The position numbers were made by a program, and so were the translations under genes. Source: Magallana gigas (Eukaryota). From it: DNA of 64,000 nt. Every line of letters starts with the position of its first letter. Position 1 is the stretch's first letter. Location of the stretch: the NCBI RefSeq assembly GCF_963853765.1, contig NC_088860.1, positions 14,136,001-14,200,000 of the forward strand. Reading direction: 5' to 3'. This document shows, piece after piece, positions 51,901-64,000 of this stretch. The notes under the pieces were generated by a model that was not told the DNA's origin, made no database searches, and saw only the letters and a list, made by a program, of their open reading frames with translations.

Positions 51901-54900
51901 AAAACGTGACAGAGGGCTAGGATTGCTGAACCTTCTTCCCGTTTTCGACCAGAGCCCAAATACTGTGGTTTCATCTATATTCGTTGAATACCAATTTTCG
52001 TGGATTTCGTTGTTGAGTTGATCCATGAAATTAAATGTTCATTGAAATGCAATTTCGTTTTACATTTTGTATTGAATGGGTCATTGGTCACGAATTTACG
52101 TATCCTTGAAACTGTGACTTCCACTTTATCCACGAAAATTGATACCCTTGAATATTAATGAAACCACAGTATAGCTTATATTTCGAGCCATTTATGTTTT
52201 TTCCTCAATATAATATCAATTTTACGCACCAAATGAGCTATTTTCAACAAATATCTTGAAACGATCCCGCCATGGCGTCAACCAAGCAAAAAGATGACGT
52301 CACAATTTAAATGAAACGCTGCGCGAAATCGAGCGTACTCGATCTGTACTCGGCCTCGTTAAATAAGCTTATCATCGTTCCCTATTCTATCACCTTTTGT
52401 ACAGTCTTTGTAATTTTAATTGCAAAAGTTATTCTTTTCATTTGTCAAACTTACAACTATTGAGTTGACCCTATTTTGACCCTATGACATTTTGTATTAA
52501 ATTTGTGTATTACATGTAATTAAGAAGCAAGTACAGAGAATTATCATGTTTATATCAGTTTTAATAGGAAGGAAGGGCTTTTTTCTTTATGTATTATGAT
52601 GCATCAAAAATAATGTAGGCCATGACCCTATTGGATTGTTCTGACCCTATGAAACAGGAAAATACCAAATATCCAGAAAACTGTTGAGATCCCCACCACT
52701 AAATCATATATATTCTTGTTTTTTGTTATCATTCTTAATGTCATTATAATGCATTAAATGGTGTGAAGTACATGACCCCCTAAAGTTGCCTTTAAATCAC
52801 CCCCTCTTTGAAATAGGAGGTGGAGAAATATTTTGATAACTTTTGAGATCCCAATCCCTAAACCATATTTATTCTTGCTTTTTGTGTCATTACGCATTAA
52901 ATGGTACATAGGTGATGCCCTCTTGGAGACACCCTGACTTTCCAGAACTGGAAATTTTATCTTATTCATATGTCGTGCTTGACCGATGTGGGTAATAATT
53001 CCTAGCTTAATGATGACTCTGCTTTGTTTAGGAGACTTTACAATTGCCCCTCATATAACATTTTGTTTATCTTAAAATTAAAAAGCAATTTTCAAAAACT
53101 TAATGTGCATCTAGAGAAAAATACCAATTAAGAAATGATTTATTTCAAAGGACAGGGGCGTAAAAGGCGTTACATATCCCCCACTTGAAGCAGCAAAAAG
53201 AACGTGTTCGAATGTTAATGAAATATGTATTCTTGGTTTGTATACATTATTTTTACTATAAATTTCACGATGCAATATGTCAATAACGTGTTTTTATTAT
53301 ATAAACCCAAGAGGTACAGATTTCCATATTAAGCCACACGTCGTTTTGTGCATAAATCTTGACCATTTACTGTGATAAATTGCAGTGTTTTGGTATGAAT
53401 TTGTCTAGTCTCCATCCTAAAAGTACTATTAAAAGGATAAGTTTTCATTCTTTTTTATTATTGATTTATTAATGTGGAGTCTAGATCCATAATGGGTCAT
53501 ATTTCGTGGTTTTTACAAAGACTTCAAACGTTATTTATAATCGTCAAACAATTAAAGTTATTCAAGACGATTGATATTTGTCGGTAGCTCGGTGTGGTAA
53601 GCGGAGGACTGTAGACAGTACCACTCGGCTGAGAGGGGTGTTCGAATCATGGTTGACTTTTCTTTTTAAATTCTGCGCTTTTGCGTCCTTTTAGGTAAAA
53701 CATATTTTTTAAAAATTTTATGTAATTAATTAAGAATTATTTTGGAAAAGCTTTAAAACTCTTCAAATAACGCCCCCTCCTCAAATATGATCTTGTCTAT
53801 TCCAAATAATGTTTAATAAACAACAGCGGTAGCACAGTCAAAGATTGCTTGAGATCACGTTGTAATGATTAAAAAAATTTAACATCCATGGAAATGAAAA
53901 TAAGAAGACAAGTATAAAGTATGAATGTATGTTTGTTAATGAGTAATGTAATTTTATTTTATACATGTCCTGGTGCACACCTTCAAGATTCCTTTATAGG
54001 AGATGCACATAAGTTGTTAAAATATCCCAGGTGCTGGGGATTCGACTGGCATTGTAAACTCTTCTTCTTTGCTACTGTACACATGCAAGAATGTTAGAAG
54101 ACTTTGAATCTTTAAAACCAGGTTTGATTTGGGGTGGGTGGGTGGAGGATAAACATTTAAAAAATTCTAATTATTTATTGTTATTAGTTTTAACTTCAGG
54201 TAGAAAATAAGACTTCTCATCATACCTCAATAGTTCGTTTGTTAATTAAGCATTTTTTACCAGTTAATTTTTTTTTATACTTTTTATGCCACAAATTATA
54301 TTTTGGTTTTAATAGATCATTCAACAATTGAAAGTGTAAATAGAAGGGTTTTTTCTTTATTTCAAACAAAAAGAGATCCAAGTTTTTTATTTAAAAAAAG
54401 TTATATCATTAGAAGTTTAATAAGGGATATACATGCGCGGATCTAGACAATTGAAGGTTTTTAAAGGTAAAACCCCTGTTTACGAGATATCTATACTTAC
54501 CTGCATCAACTTTTTGCATTTTCCCCGAGCTGCCTACGATCATGCCTGAACTTTTGAGACTACCCCTGTGGTATCATCTAGTGTTTACCCATAATGCACA
54601 AGCATACTTCCGTTTCAGTTTTGTGAGGGCCTACACAACTAGGACCCAATGAACAGGGGTGGGTGATGCAGGTAAGTATAGATATTTCGTAAACAGGGGT
54701 TTTACCTTTAAAAACCTCAAGTTTACATCAATATCTATACTTACCTGCATCAACTTTTTGCAGAATTTGTAACAGAAATATTGGGCGGGAGATTACAATC
54801 ACTATCATATAATAGTAAAATAAAGAATACACTCACCCAAAAAGATATTCTATTTTTGTTCTTTTTCTTTTGCCCATCTCGATGTATCAAGGACTGATGA

Positions 54901-57900
54901 CCTGGCAAAGCGAGCTTCTCCTTGAGGAACATCTCTCATATAGAATGAAGTAAAGGTGTTTTCTGTTGCCCAAATGAGCTGTCTGTAGAATTTCTTCTAG
55001 AGTTGCACCACTGAAAGGGCCCATGAAGTTGCCAATCGTCTTGTATCATGTGCACGCACATGAGATAAAGTCTCACTGTTATGTTCATACACAAACTTTA
55101 CTAGTGACACAATCCATCTTGAAATTGAATTCTTGGATGATGGTTTTTGTGAGTCCGATTTGTAAGTCAAGAATAAACACTTTTCATCACCACGAGAAGA
55201 CTCTGTCCTTTTTAGGTACATTTTAAGTGCTCTACAAGGACACAAAAGCAAGTCTCTACTGTCTGTTGCAAAGCTATTAAAATCTGGTATGAATATTGGT
55301 TTCCATGGCTTTCCTAATCTCTGAGTTTTGGCTAAAAACTGTATATTTGGTAATAAACGTATTCCATTCTGCTCAAGACGTAAATGTGACTCTCCAATTG
55401 AAAGAGCTTGAATTTCGCTTACTCTTGATGCTGTTGCCAGAGCTACAAGGAACACTGTCTTCCATGTAAGGTACTTCATATCGCATGAATTCATCGGTTC
55501 CAATGGGGAGTCACACAACTTCCAAAGGACAGTCGGCAAATCCCAATTTGGAAGTAATGGTCGTACATTAGGTTCAGAATTGTATATTCCTTTTATTAAC
55601 TTTGACAGATCAGTGTTGTTAATAACAGAACTATTGCTCCAACCCTTATGCATAGATGTTATCGCTGACCTATAACCCATTAAAGTATTTGGCTTACAAT
55701 TACGTTCTTCATGCAAATAGATGAAGAAGTCTGCTAAATCAGCTACAGTGGCCTCAACTGAATCCTTTTGGTTCTTGGCACACCATTCCTTGTAGATTCG
55801 TATTCTAGCATCATAGATTTTTCTTTTTGACTGTCTTCGGGTGTTGAAGATAAATGACTTAGCTTTCTCAGAAAATCTTTTCTCTGTTCTTTGTTGTTTG
55901 AAATTTTCCAAACCGCCAGATGCAGACTTTATGGACTTTGATGAATGAACTGCCCTCTTCTTTGAGTCAACATGTCTCTTATTATTGGAAGTTCCTTTGG
56001 AATGTCGACCAATAGATGTAGTAGGTCTGGAAACCATGACTGTCTTGGTGAAAACGGAGCGATGAGGAGAAGAACACACGACTCCTGTTCCACTTTCCTG
56101 AGTACTCTCGGAATTAATATGGGAGGAGGAAATGCATATGCAAACATTCCTGTCCAATCTACAGCTAGCTCATCGCATTCCCATGCCAAGGGGTCGGGAA
56201 ACGGAGAACAAAACACTGCTAGTTTCTGGTTTTCCCTTGTTGCGAATAAATCTATGTTTGGAGTGGGGAAAACTCGAAAAATCTGCTGAACTATTTCTTG
56301 GTTGAGACTCCATTCTGTCATCTTGGGAATTTGTCGCCCTCTGGACAACTGATCCGCTTTTACATTCTTTTTCCCTGGAATGTGGGCTGCTTTGAGCTGT
56401 ATCCCGAGAAGGTGACACCAATGCAGAATCCTCCATGTCATCACGCATAGGGCTGCAGACTTTGTCCCCCCTTGGTGATTGATGTAAGACACTACTGTTG
56501 AATTGTCTGTCCTCAGCAAGACTTGCCCGTGTTTGACATTGTCCCTTAAGTGATAAAGTGCATTCTCCACTGCACTGAGTTCCAACAGATTTATATGTGA
56601 TGACTGTTCTATCACCGTCCATTTCCCCGACACATTGCGATCCTCTAGGTGGGCTCCTGACCCGTAAGTTGATGCATCCGTCCACAAGGTTAGGTCTGCT
56701 CTGAAGCTCAGAATAGACGTCCCTGCCAGAACGTTCCCTCTCTCTATCCACCAGAGAAGATGTGGGATGAGGAAACTGTCGATTTGAATCATATGATCCA
56801 GTTCGTCCACATGTGGACGCCACTGGGACAGAAGGCAGAACTGAATGGGACGCATCTTGAGTCTGGCAAGAGGTACCAAATCTATACAGGCTGCCATTAA
56901 ACCAAGGACTCTGAGGAATGTACGTGCTGGGATAAAAGATTCCATAACCATGGTAGAAATTGCCCCACGCAGACTGAGAAAACTGGGGTAGACCATACCC
57001 TGTTGGAGGTTGAATAGTGCTCCAAGATACGTTATCTGTTGCGTTGGTTGCAGAATTGACTTGGATTGATTTATTACCAGGCCCAAGTCCATCAGCAGAA
57101 ACAAAGTTCTCCTTAATTGATGAACTAATGTCATTCGATCTGCATTTTTGAGAAGCCAATCGTCCAGGTACATATAAATGGAAATCTGTTGACTTCTTAG
57201 ATGTGCACCTTTTGCCCCCATTAATTTCGTAAACACTCTTGGGGCTGTTGCTAGACCGAAGGGCATTGACCTGGATTGATAATGGATATTGTCTATGCAA
57301 AACCTGAGGTATTTCCTGTCTTCTGGATAAATTGGAACATGTAGATATGCATCCTTTAGATCTATTGATGCCACCCAGTCTCCTACATTCAGAGCCTGTA
57401 TTATTGACCTTAGAGATTCCATCTTGAAATGTTGATTTTGGAGAAATATATTTAACGGTTTCAAATTGAGAATCGGACGTTAACCTCCGTCTCGTTTTGG
57501 AACAACAAAAAAGGTGCTGTAAAACCCCTGACCTTCCTGGGTCTTGGGAACAATCTCTATGGCATGCTTTCCTAATAAACTTTCTATTTCTTCTAAAATA
57601 CATTGTCTTTGGACGACATCTTGTATATTTGTTATTCTTACTCCTGTATTTGGAGGATGCTTTATGAAAACAAGTTTGAGTCCTTCCTAGACTATTTTTA
57701 AAATCGAATCGTTGGATGTAATTTTCATCCACTCCCTGTGGTACGAAATGATCCGACAGCCTACTTTGGTTGATTTCTGCAACTCGAGTCGAGTCTCTAA
57801 TTGATCCGCCAAAATTACTTTGGGGGGCGAAACCCCAAACGATATTGTGCAGAGCCACGAGTTTGACCTCTGAAGGAACCTATCGAATTAAAATTTTCGT

Positions 57901-60900
57901 CCTCTTCCTATAGTAGTCTTTTGATTCTTTTCTGCAGCAAACTTTCCCTTCTTTGCAAAGGATGACTGCTGTTCTTTCAGTTCCGAGGTGCCCACTGAAT
58001 CATCTCTCTTTCTTTTCCTCGCAGAACTAAGGGCTGAACCATCTCTCTGCTTTGAACCCCTCAGGTGCTGTGTTTCTTTAACATCGCGCATACTTTCTGC
58101 ACTTGCGTGAAGAATATCAAAATACTTCCCACAAAAGAGCTTAGGATTCAGAGTTGTCTGTACAAGGAGTTTGTTTTCAGTTGCTTTGTTTTTAAAAGCC
58201 AAATCCTCAATGTGAATGGATCTGCGGGCTGCAACTGCGCCCACTAACATGCGGGAAGTAACATCAGCCATTGACTTGAACACCTGCATGAGTGCTTGTA
58301 GGGCCTCTGTTTTGTCCTCATCAGATACAACGTTATCAATGTAGGACGTAATTAGAGAGGCATATGTCAACTCTCTAAGAAGAAGTCGAGATCCTTGATC
58401 TATCTTCCATAACTCAGTGTTGCGTGAATCCAACATAGGGTTGCGGAAATGGTAAGAATTTTTGTTTCCTTTTCTCCCTGTTGTAAAACTGCTGTCCTCA
58501 ATGTTGTCATCAAGGCGCGGCGTTGTGCAGTACTTGTCAAAGTCGAAGGAAGTGACTCGGTATTTTTCATCATCTGATGCTTTATAAGTCCGAATTGCAT
58601 CTTTTCGCTGGAATTCTTCAGCAACATCTGTTAATGTGTTCAAAATGTACCCATCCATAGGCAAAGACTGTTGTGGGGTAGATGATTTTGTCCCAATCAA
58701 ACGATTTGACATGTATGATTTGAAGTCTCGGCTCTGAGTTGATGTTCAGTTCTGTAGACACTTTTTTAACAAAATTTTTCCAGTCTACCATGCATGAACC
58801 ATTAGAGTCTGTGTCATGCGTATGTACTGAACCCAAGACAGAGTTATCAAACTCTGAACGATTGTCCTCGTGAACATCAATAACATCATCAAGTGAATTG
58901 CTTAAGACTTGATCAGTTTCACCTCTGTGGCTTACTAGATCATCTTCATCCCTATTTTTCCCTTGGTGCAGGAACAGCTCAGTATGATCTATTGCCCGAG
59001 GCCAACGGCCTGCACCAAGGGAAAAAATTCAAGTCTATTTACTGTTCAGGCATTAAATAATTGTTTTATGACCTAATTCCGTATTTATTCCGTAGGAATA
59101 CATACGACTTTAAAGAATATCTAAACTGTTTGTACTATTTAAAATCTTAGTATTTTCATGGTATTAATAAATAAGTTTTCTTGAAAAACAATGCTTAGAA
59201 TACATAGCATCGAATTTATCGATTATTTTCAAGATCTAAGTGTTATCAGCGGTATTGATTTGTGCTTAGGTCCAAACACTGTTTCACTTTCGCTTTGCCC
59301 GAGTAAGTGCATAGGAGAGTTGATTAAAATCAACTCCCAAAAATGACTTTTGCAATTAAAATGACAGAAACTGTACAAATGCAATAGGAGAGGTAACCAA
59401 GATAAAGCTTATTTAGATATAAAAAGATGATGGTACAGTATGCTTGCAAAGAGAGATCACTTATTTAAAAAGTAAAAGTAATACTTATGTATACCAGTGT
59501 CTTATAATATTGCGATACTACATAATGTACATGTATTGTGCTTACCTTTATTGGTCAACATCATAATTCCAATTATAGCACACTATGAATTATCTAAGCT
59601 GATCACCACAAAAGAAAGGTTAATGCACGTTAATTTATCCTATTCTGCATATAAAAACACATTTCTATGACATGAATTGTGAAGATTATTGATAAATAAA
59701 AAAGTTCATAATTTTTAAAAACTTCCAGAAAAAGGTAATGTTACTGATAATGTTAAACACTTGGTGCGGGTATTGTTGTCCATTGACAACATCTAATTTT
59801 AATTTTGCACTTCAGGTTTGACCATACATCTTTGTCAGGTTTGACCATACATCTTTGAATGGTAGAGATTTGTTGTTATTGACAAACCGGTTTCCACTTA
59901 TTTATCAAATTGTTGTCATAGATAAATCTTACAAACAGGTTTCTTTATTTTTGAAATTGATACACGCGTGTACTTATCTAAAAAGAATATCAGTTGGTTT
60001 TCCTATACGAATTCATGCATAACATTAACCACGTTAGATAAAATCATGATTTCTTACTTCTATGAAAGTAAAGTAATTTGTAACTTACGCGCTCTTCGTA
60101 ACATCCAACAACATATCGAATAGCTGATTGGGCAATTCGAATTCCACTAAAGCAAAGCTGTCAATGCAAAAGTCAGAAGATTTTGAATTTTATTTGATTA
60201 GCGTTAATAATTTTTTTTACAAAGAGCTAGGCCCTTAAAGGGTCCAAATCGGCCTTATCATGAAAAATCATAAAATTGGTGGAATATATGATTAAAAAAT
60301 GTTATTGTATTATCTGTACATGTACCGGATCTAGACGCTATAAATACAAAATTAATTTTTTACATACGGGTTCAGTATGTCTGATTGAAATTTCTACAAA
60401 AAAAAGAACACGTCTAATCTTTGCTTATGTAAAAAAAACCTCATTACTTCATTACTCTTATTATATAATCGATTGTTATAAATTGGTTTAAAGATATGTT
60501 TAGCCATTTTTTGTAAACAGCTGACGACTGCTACAGAACCGTCCACACACACCCCCTCCCACACCCACCCAATGACACCTTACAACAAGACATTAAATAT
60601 TTATTGTTATCAACGACAAATACATGACAAAAACCTTTGTTTGATCAAAGCTTTGATCTAATAAGAATGTCTCACAGTTAAAAATAGTTATCAAAATTTA
60701 TAAATAATCTTCGTCTTCTAAACTTTTTTATCAAACAAAATTTTAAATATCCTGACGTTTTTTGCAAACATTCAAAGATTCTTTATCTTTATCAAACATA
60801 ATTTTACATGTAAATATCCTAACGTTGTTTTGCAAACATTCCGCTCACCTCATTTGGTGGACACACTGCGGTCGTGGTACACTGTGCTACATCACTGTGG

Positions 60901-60937
60901 ACACCATCACATACAACACAGGTTTTTTGTAAATCCC
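48910..60937 (-). CDS. Partial gene for a cysteine-rich Ly6/uPAR (three-finger)-like protein
   Basis: GT-AG exons 60849-60937 (DLQKTCVVCDGVHSDVAQCTTTAVCPPNE), 60089-60157 (LCFSGIRIAQSAIRYVVGCYEER) and 48910-49060 (VCKAM..ICDACCKGYRCNAADCFTLKK) join in phase 0/0. The product has 12 Cys including CCxxxxCN. First and last exons are not resolved. Confidence 0.68.
51331..52358. mobile_element. Non-autonomous TIR element, copy 2, carrying a nested MITE
   Basis: Same CGAGGCCG termini and internal sequence as 36274-37079, inverted. Confidence 0.8.
51963..52169. mobile_element. Nested Tc1/mariner-type MITE with TA target-site duplication
   Basis: TA-CTGTGGTTTCAT ... ATGAAACCACAG-TA. The empty site (AAATATAGC on the opposite strand) is seen in copy 1 near 36470-36490. 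Confidence 0.85.
53580..53660 (+). pseudogene. tRNA-Tyr-derived sequence (pseudogene or SINE head)
   Basis: GTAGCTCGGTGTGGTAAGCGGAGGACTGTAGA resembles the tRNA-Tyr(GTA) 5' half; GTTCGAATC B box; T-run after. The cloverleaf is imperfect. Confidence 0.45.
54453..54762 (-). repeat. DIRS 3' terminal repeat and internal complementary region
   Basis: 54453-54508 is the near-perfect reverse complement of 54664-54718; 54487-54518 is directly repeated at 54731-54762. Confidence 0.8.
54930..56157 (-). pseudogene. DIRS tyrosine recombinase with two frameshifts near the C-terminus
   Basis: SAM-like N-terminal part (YKEWC..VADLADF..GYRSAI); catalytic LATASRVSEI and AHDTRR. The remainder (GATLEEILQTAH / WATENTFTSFY) continues in shifted frames. 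Confidence 0.85.
55929..57700 (-). pseudogene. DIRS RT-RNase H-adenine-methyltransferase-like ORF with an in-frame nonsense codon (5' limit approximate)
   Basis: Motifs GFYSTFFVVPK, IDLKDAYLH, PFGLATAPRVFTK, YLDDWL, WTDAS, HINLLEL, TDN, HIPGKKNVKADQLSR, IDLFAT, YAFPP. TAA at 57480-57482 in GG*RPILNLK. Confidence 0.88.
57888..58954 (-). pseudogene. DIRS ORF1 (gag-like) remnant, frameshifted and 5'-truncated
   Basis: A 274-aa ORF (57888-58712) plus an upstream coding-like frame (DEDDLVSH..VDWKNFVKKVSTELNI) running to about 58954, directly upstream of the RT ORF. Confidence 0.65.
58955..59026. repeat. Short inverted repeat (18-bp arms) at the DIRS truncation point
   Basis: TTTTTCCCTTGGTGCAGG (58955-58972) and CCTGCACCAAGGGAAAAA (59009-59026). 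Confidence 0.85.
59130..59343 (-). mobile_element. Partial inverted copy of the GGGAGTTGATTTT repeat family (start approximate)
   Basis: Reverse complement of the first ~210 bp of 29812-30312. Confidence 0.75.
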
Positions 60938-61946
60938 CTGGGGCTTAAATGAATCAAAATATTTCATTTTGATATTAGAAAACATTATCATTTCTAGAGA
61001 CTGGTTTTCTTGATAAATTGTACCGCTGAACATGTAACCATGTTACAATTTTAACGTAAACATAGAACAGTCATCCAGTTGAAATCTGCTGCTTTTTGTG
61101 GTTTATTACTTTCATATCTACTTATTTGTTGCTTTACAAGAATGATTAGGATTAAAACATCTTTTTTTCAATTGCAAAAACTACAATAAATCATATATTA
61201 TCCCATTCATGCATGTTTCATGCATGTTTGTTTCGATACAGGTTATTCTATTAATTCTAAGACATCATTTTGATGGCTTTGACATAACATTCGCAGATAT
61301 ATCGGATTACACCAACTAACATTTTTGGGTGGTAAACTCGTATAAACTGACTGATTTATGTTTTCAGAAAATAGATTAATGATTTGATAAAAAGTATAAC
61401 AAGAGTCCTTCATTCAATTGGACATCAAACTTTATTTTTTGCAATAATGAATGTCCCTGATTTTATTAGTTAAACAAGTACAAATGAAAATATTTTTTAC
61501 TGCAAACACAGGGATAATGTATACGTGTATGGAAGGAATTGTTATGCATTCATTTTCTCTATTCTGTTTAAAGTGTAAGATCAACTCTGTAAGAATCAAA
61601 TTTCGATGGTCATGCATATCACCGATTTTTTCATCCTTTTCATTCTGATATACTTTAAGTGAAAAAAGCTAACATAACTGAATTGTTGCTTTGTTATACT
61701 GTTGCCATAGTAACCAAGGGTAAACACGGAAAATAGGATGTTACAGTTTGAGAATCCATCATGAGTAATGGAAATAACTTGGGGTTAACAAAGTAAAATA
61801 TCTTATGAGAATAAATTGTCATTATTTTAAACTATAGGAAAAAAATTCTTAAGTGTTTCGTTTGGGATTAAAAATATTAATTAAAAAATTGGGTTTTTAA
61901 TATTAAATTTGAAATTGAAATGACATTCCAAAACTATTTTACCCAC

Positions 61947-62023
61947 TATGTTGACTGCGCAATATTGGCCGTTGCTAAGATAACAAGCAGAATAATAAGG
62001 AAAACGCTATTGTTTTGATGCAT
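61947..62023 (-). CDS. Candidate signal-peptide exon, possibly of the Ly6-like gene
   Basis: MHQNNSVFLIILLVILATANIAQST followed by a gtgggt donor. Its phase (2) does not match the next exon found (phase 1), so an exon is missing or the link is wrong. Confidence 0.35.
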
Positions 62024-64000
62024 TCTTAAATAGGTCTAAATATAGAATTTGAAATTTTGATATTTCATTGCTGAAGAAAACAAATTCAAGGTCAGACGAC
62101 AAGTTCCTCAATTTCATATAACATTTTCCAGGAATTTGTTAATGGTTTACTACTACTCTGACAAGCCTTCTTGCAAAAAATTAGGATACCGTACCAGGCA
62201 TTTCTGCAAAAAACTAGAGATTGCAAGTTCCTATATAATCTTCTTGAAAATACACTTGAATTGCTGATATAGAATTCAATACAGCACAACTATTGGGCCG
62301 GGTTTTGAACTCACAACCTCTAGAACCTCGCTCCTGGCAGAATGAGCCATCTAGGCATACATGTATATCCATATACAAGTAAATTTTAATCATTTTAAAA
62401 ATCATTATAAAAATACATGTAATAATTTTTTATTACAACTCTTTATTACAAGGAGATACAAAAAAGACACAAAAAATGCTCGAGGAACGTGTCGTCTGAC
62501 TGACCTTAATTCTTAACTTAAACGCAGCTTTAAAAACCCATAATTTTTTCTGACGATAATTGCCGCTGCTATGGAGTTTTTTTAAAAGTAGGAATCTCTG
62601 GGTTATTTTTTATTCTACATATTTCCATAAAAGCAATCTCTTTTGAGTTGTGTAACAACATTTCTTTCGATATGAAATGAAAATGTAAGCTCTTTACACA
62701 ATCTAACCAGAACGGAACATCCAAATCTTAAAAGTCGATAATGTTAATCAATCAGAATCACCTTTATTCCTTTCCTTTTTTTCTTGGTTTTGTTAGCATA
62801 AGAAGAGGTGTCGATGTTTATTAATCGTGTGTATAGTATGTGTACATGTATATAGTATAGATTGACAAGAAATAAAGGTTTTGATTGAAATCAATTTACT
62901 TTGATAAAGAAGAAATAACCCAACCAATATATTTCTATAATATTTAGTGGTTTTCATGGTAACATTTGACATCGTTAAATAATTTTAAAATTAATGGTTT
63001 GCATATCTCATAAACATAAAGATTTTAGTGTCATTGGACTTTTTATATGTATTTGTATTCATGTATGAAATAGAAAGAAAATTAGTGACTATGGGTGGCC
63101 GGACCCCTTATTCTAGTGTATGATTCTTATATAGAATTGAATCATCCAATTCTTACAGACTCCGCATAAGTGTGCATTACATGGACCATCTTTTCCCGGG
63201 GCCTCGTTACAACAAGCGGCACAGTTAACCAGCCCTCTCTTTTTATATCCAACATATGTCGGGGCCAAGGTAGAACAAACCTACAAATAGGACAGTGTCA
63301 ATCAATAAACGACCCTACCATCGTAAATATCTAAACAGTAATAAAATAATACTAAAATTCATACAACGTCTTATTTTAAATAAAACTTTAAACACTTTAC
63401 AAAGAATAGCGATCTGCATAATACAACAGGACTAAAAAAATATTATATGTACATCTATAAAAACAGTAAAAAAACCCAGCAGTCACATGATAAGACAGAC
63501 CATAGGTATATACGCTCTAAAAGAGAGGCATTTTCAAAACGCTGGAATTCTAAAAACAATTACATGTAATTGTTAAGTTTATGACAAATTACATTATATA
63601 TTAATATACATAACTTTCAATGTGTTAATATCATATTTTTGTAAATGAAATATGCATCTTAGTAATTACATGTACTGTATATTCCTATTTATACGCGAGG
63701 AATTAATATAAGCGTAAAATCGCAAGAAACACATTTCACGAACAGATGTAAAGTAGATTAAACTATGGTAAAAATTCGGCGTTCGCGATTTTATATTCTT
63801 CAGATTTGATGCAAAACGGTTGATTCGCGGAATTTCGTAAGTCCTCGCGAGAAATAAAAAATCTACAGTATATATCATAACTTTTAGTTTCTTAAAACTT
63901 AGAAATTTCTTTCTTTTTTTTAAATTTGCTCTTTAAAGCCCTTGGCAATTGACACTAAGAAAACACACATAAACCAGGAAAGCGGGTTATGTAAAATAAA

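Larger units (their letters stand above)
54453..58954 (-). mobile_element. DIRS1-type tyrosine-recombinase retrotransposon, 5'-truncated and mutated
   Basis: Gag-like, RT/RNase H/methyltransferase-like and tyrosine recombinase ORFs with long frame overlap. 3' inverted/complementary terminal repeats at 54453-54762. No matching left terminal repeat found. Confidence 0.9.

Noticed and set aside
58955-59400. Left terminal repeat of the DIRS element
   Set aside because: No sequence complementary to the 3' terminal repeat was found; the region is a hairpin plus a MITE fragment.

Overview
AT-rich eukaryotic genomic DNA with spliced genes and many transposons. An oyster/bivalve-like source is inferred from composition, the repeat landscape and frequent TACATGTA; this is not proven. 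Host genes built by hand from GT-AG exons with consistent phases: (1) a 12-exon SH3BP2/3BP2-like PH-proline-rich-SH2 adaptor (minus strand, 10054-17062); (2) a head-to-head, compact RING+DTC Deltex E3 ligase (plus, 21518-24124); (3) an intronless orphan ORF (26394-27443); (4) a galectin-3-like chimera-type galectin with a Pro/Gly/Tyr-repeat tail (plus, 28652-31588); (5) a partial Ly6/three-finger-like cysteine-rich gene (minus, exons at 48910-49060 and 60089-60937). Mobile elements: a complete, apparently very young Ty3/Gypsy LTR retrotransposon (37152-44538). It has visually identical 503-bp LTRs, a CGTC target-site duplication, a tRNA-Leu primer site, a UUUAAAC -1 frameshift signal and a chromodomain-like integrase tail. 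It also carries a third ORF encoding a C2H2 zinc-finger/acidic protein where env would sit; this is the strongest novelty candidate. There is also a 5'-truncated, mutated DIRS1-type tyrosine-recombinase retrotransposon (54453-58954), plus several MITEs, hairpins, satellites and a 150-N gap. All alignments and translations were done by eye; no database searches were run.
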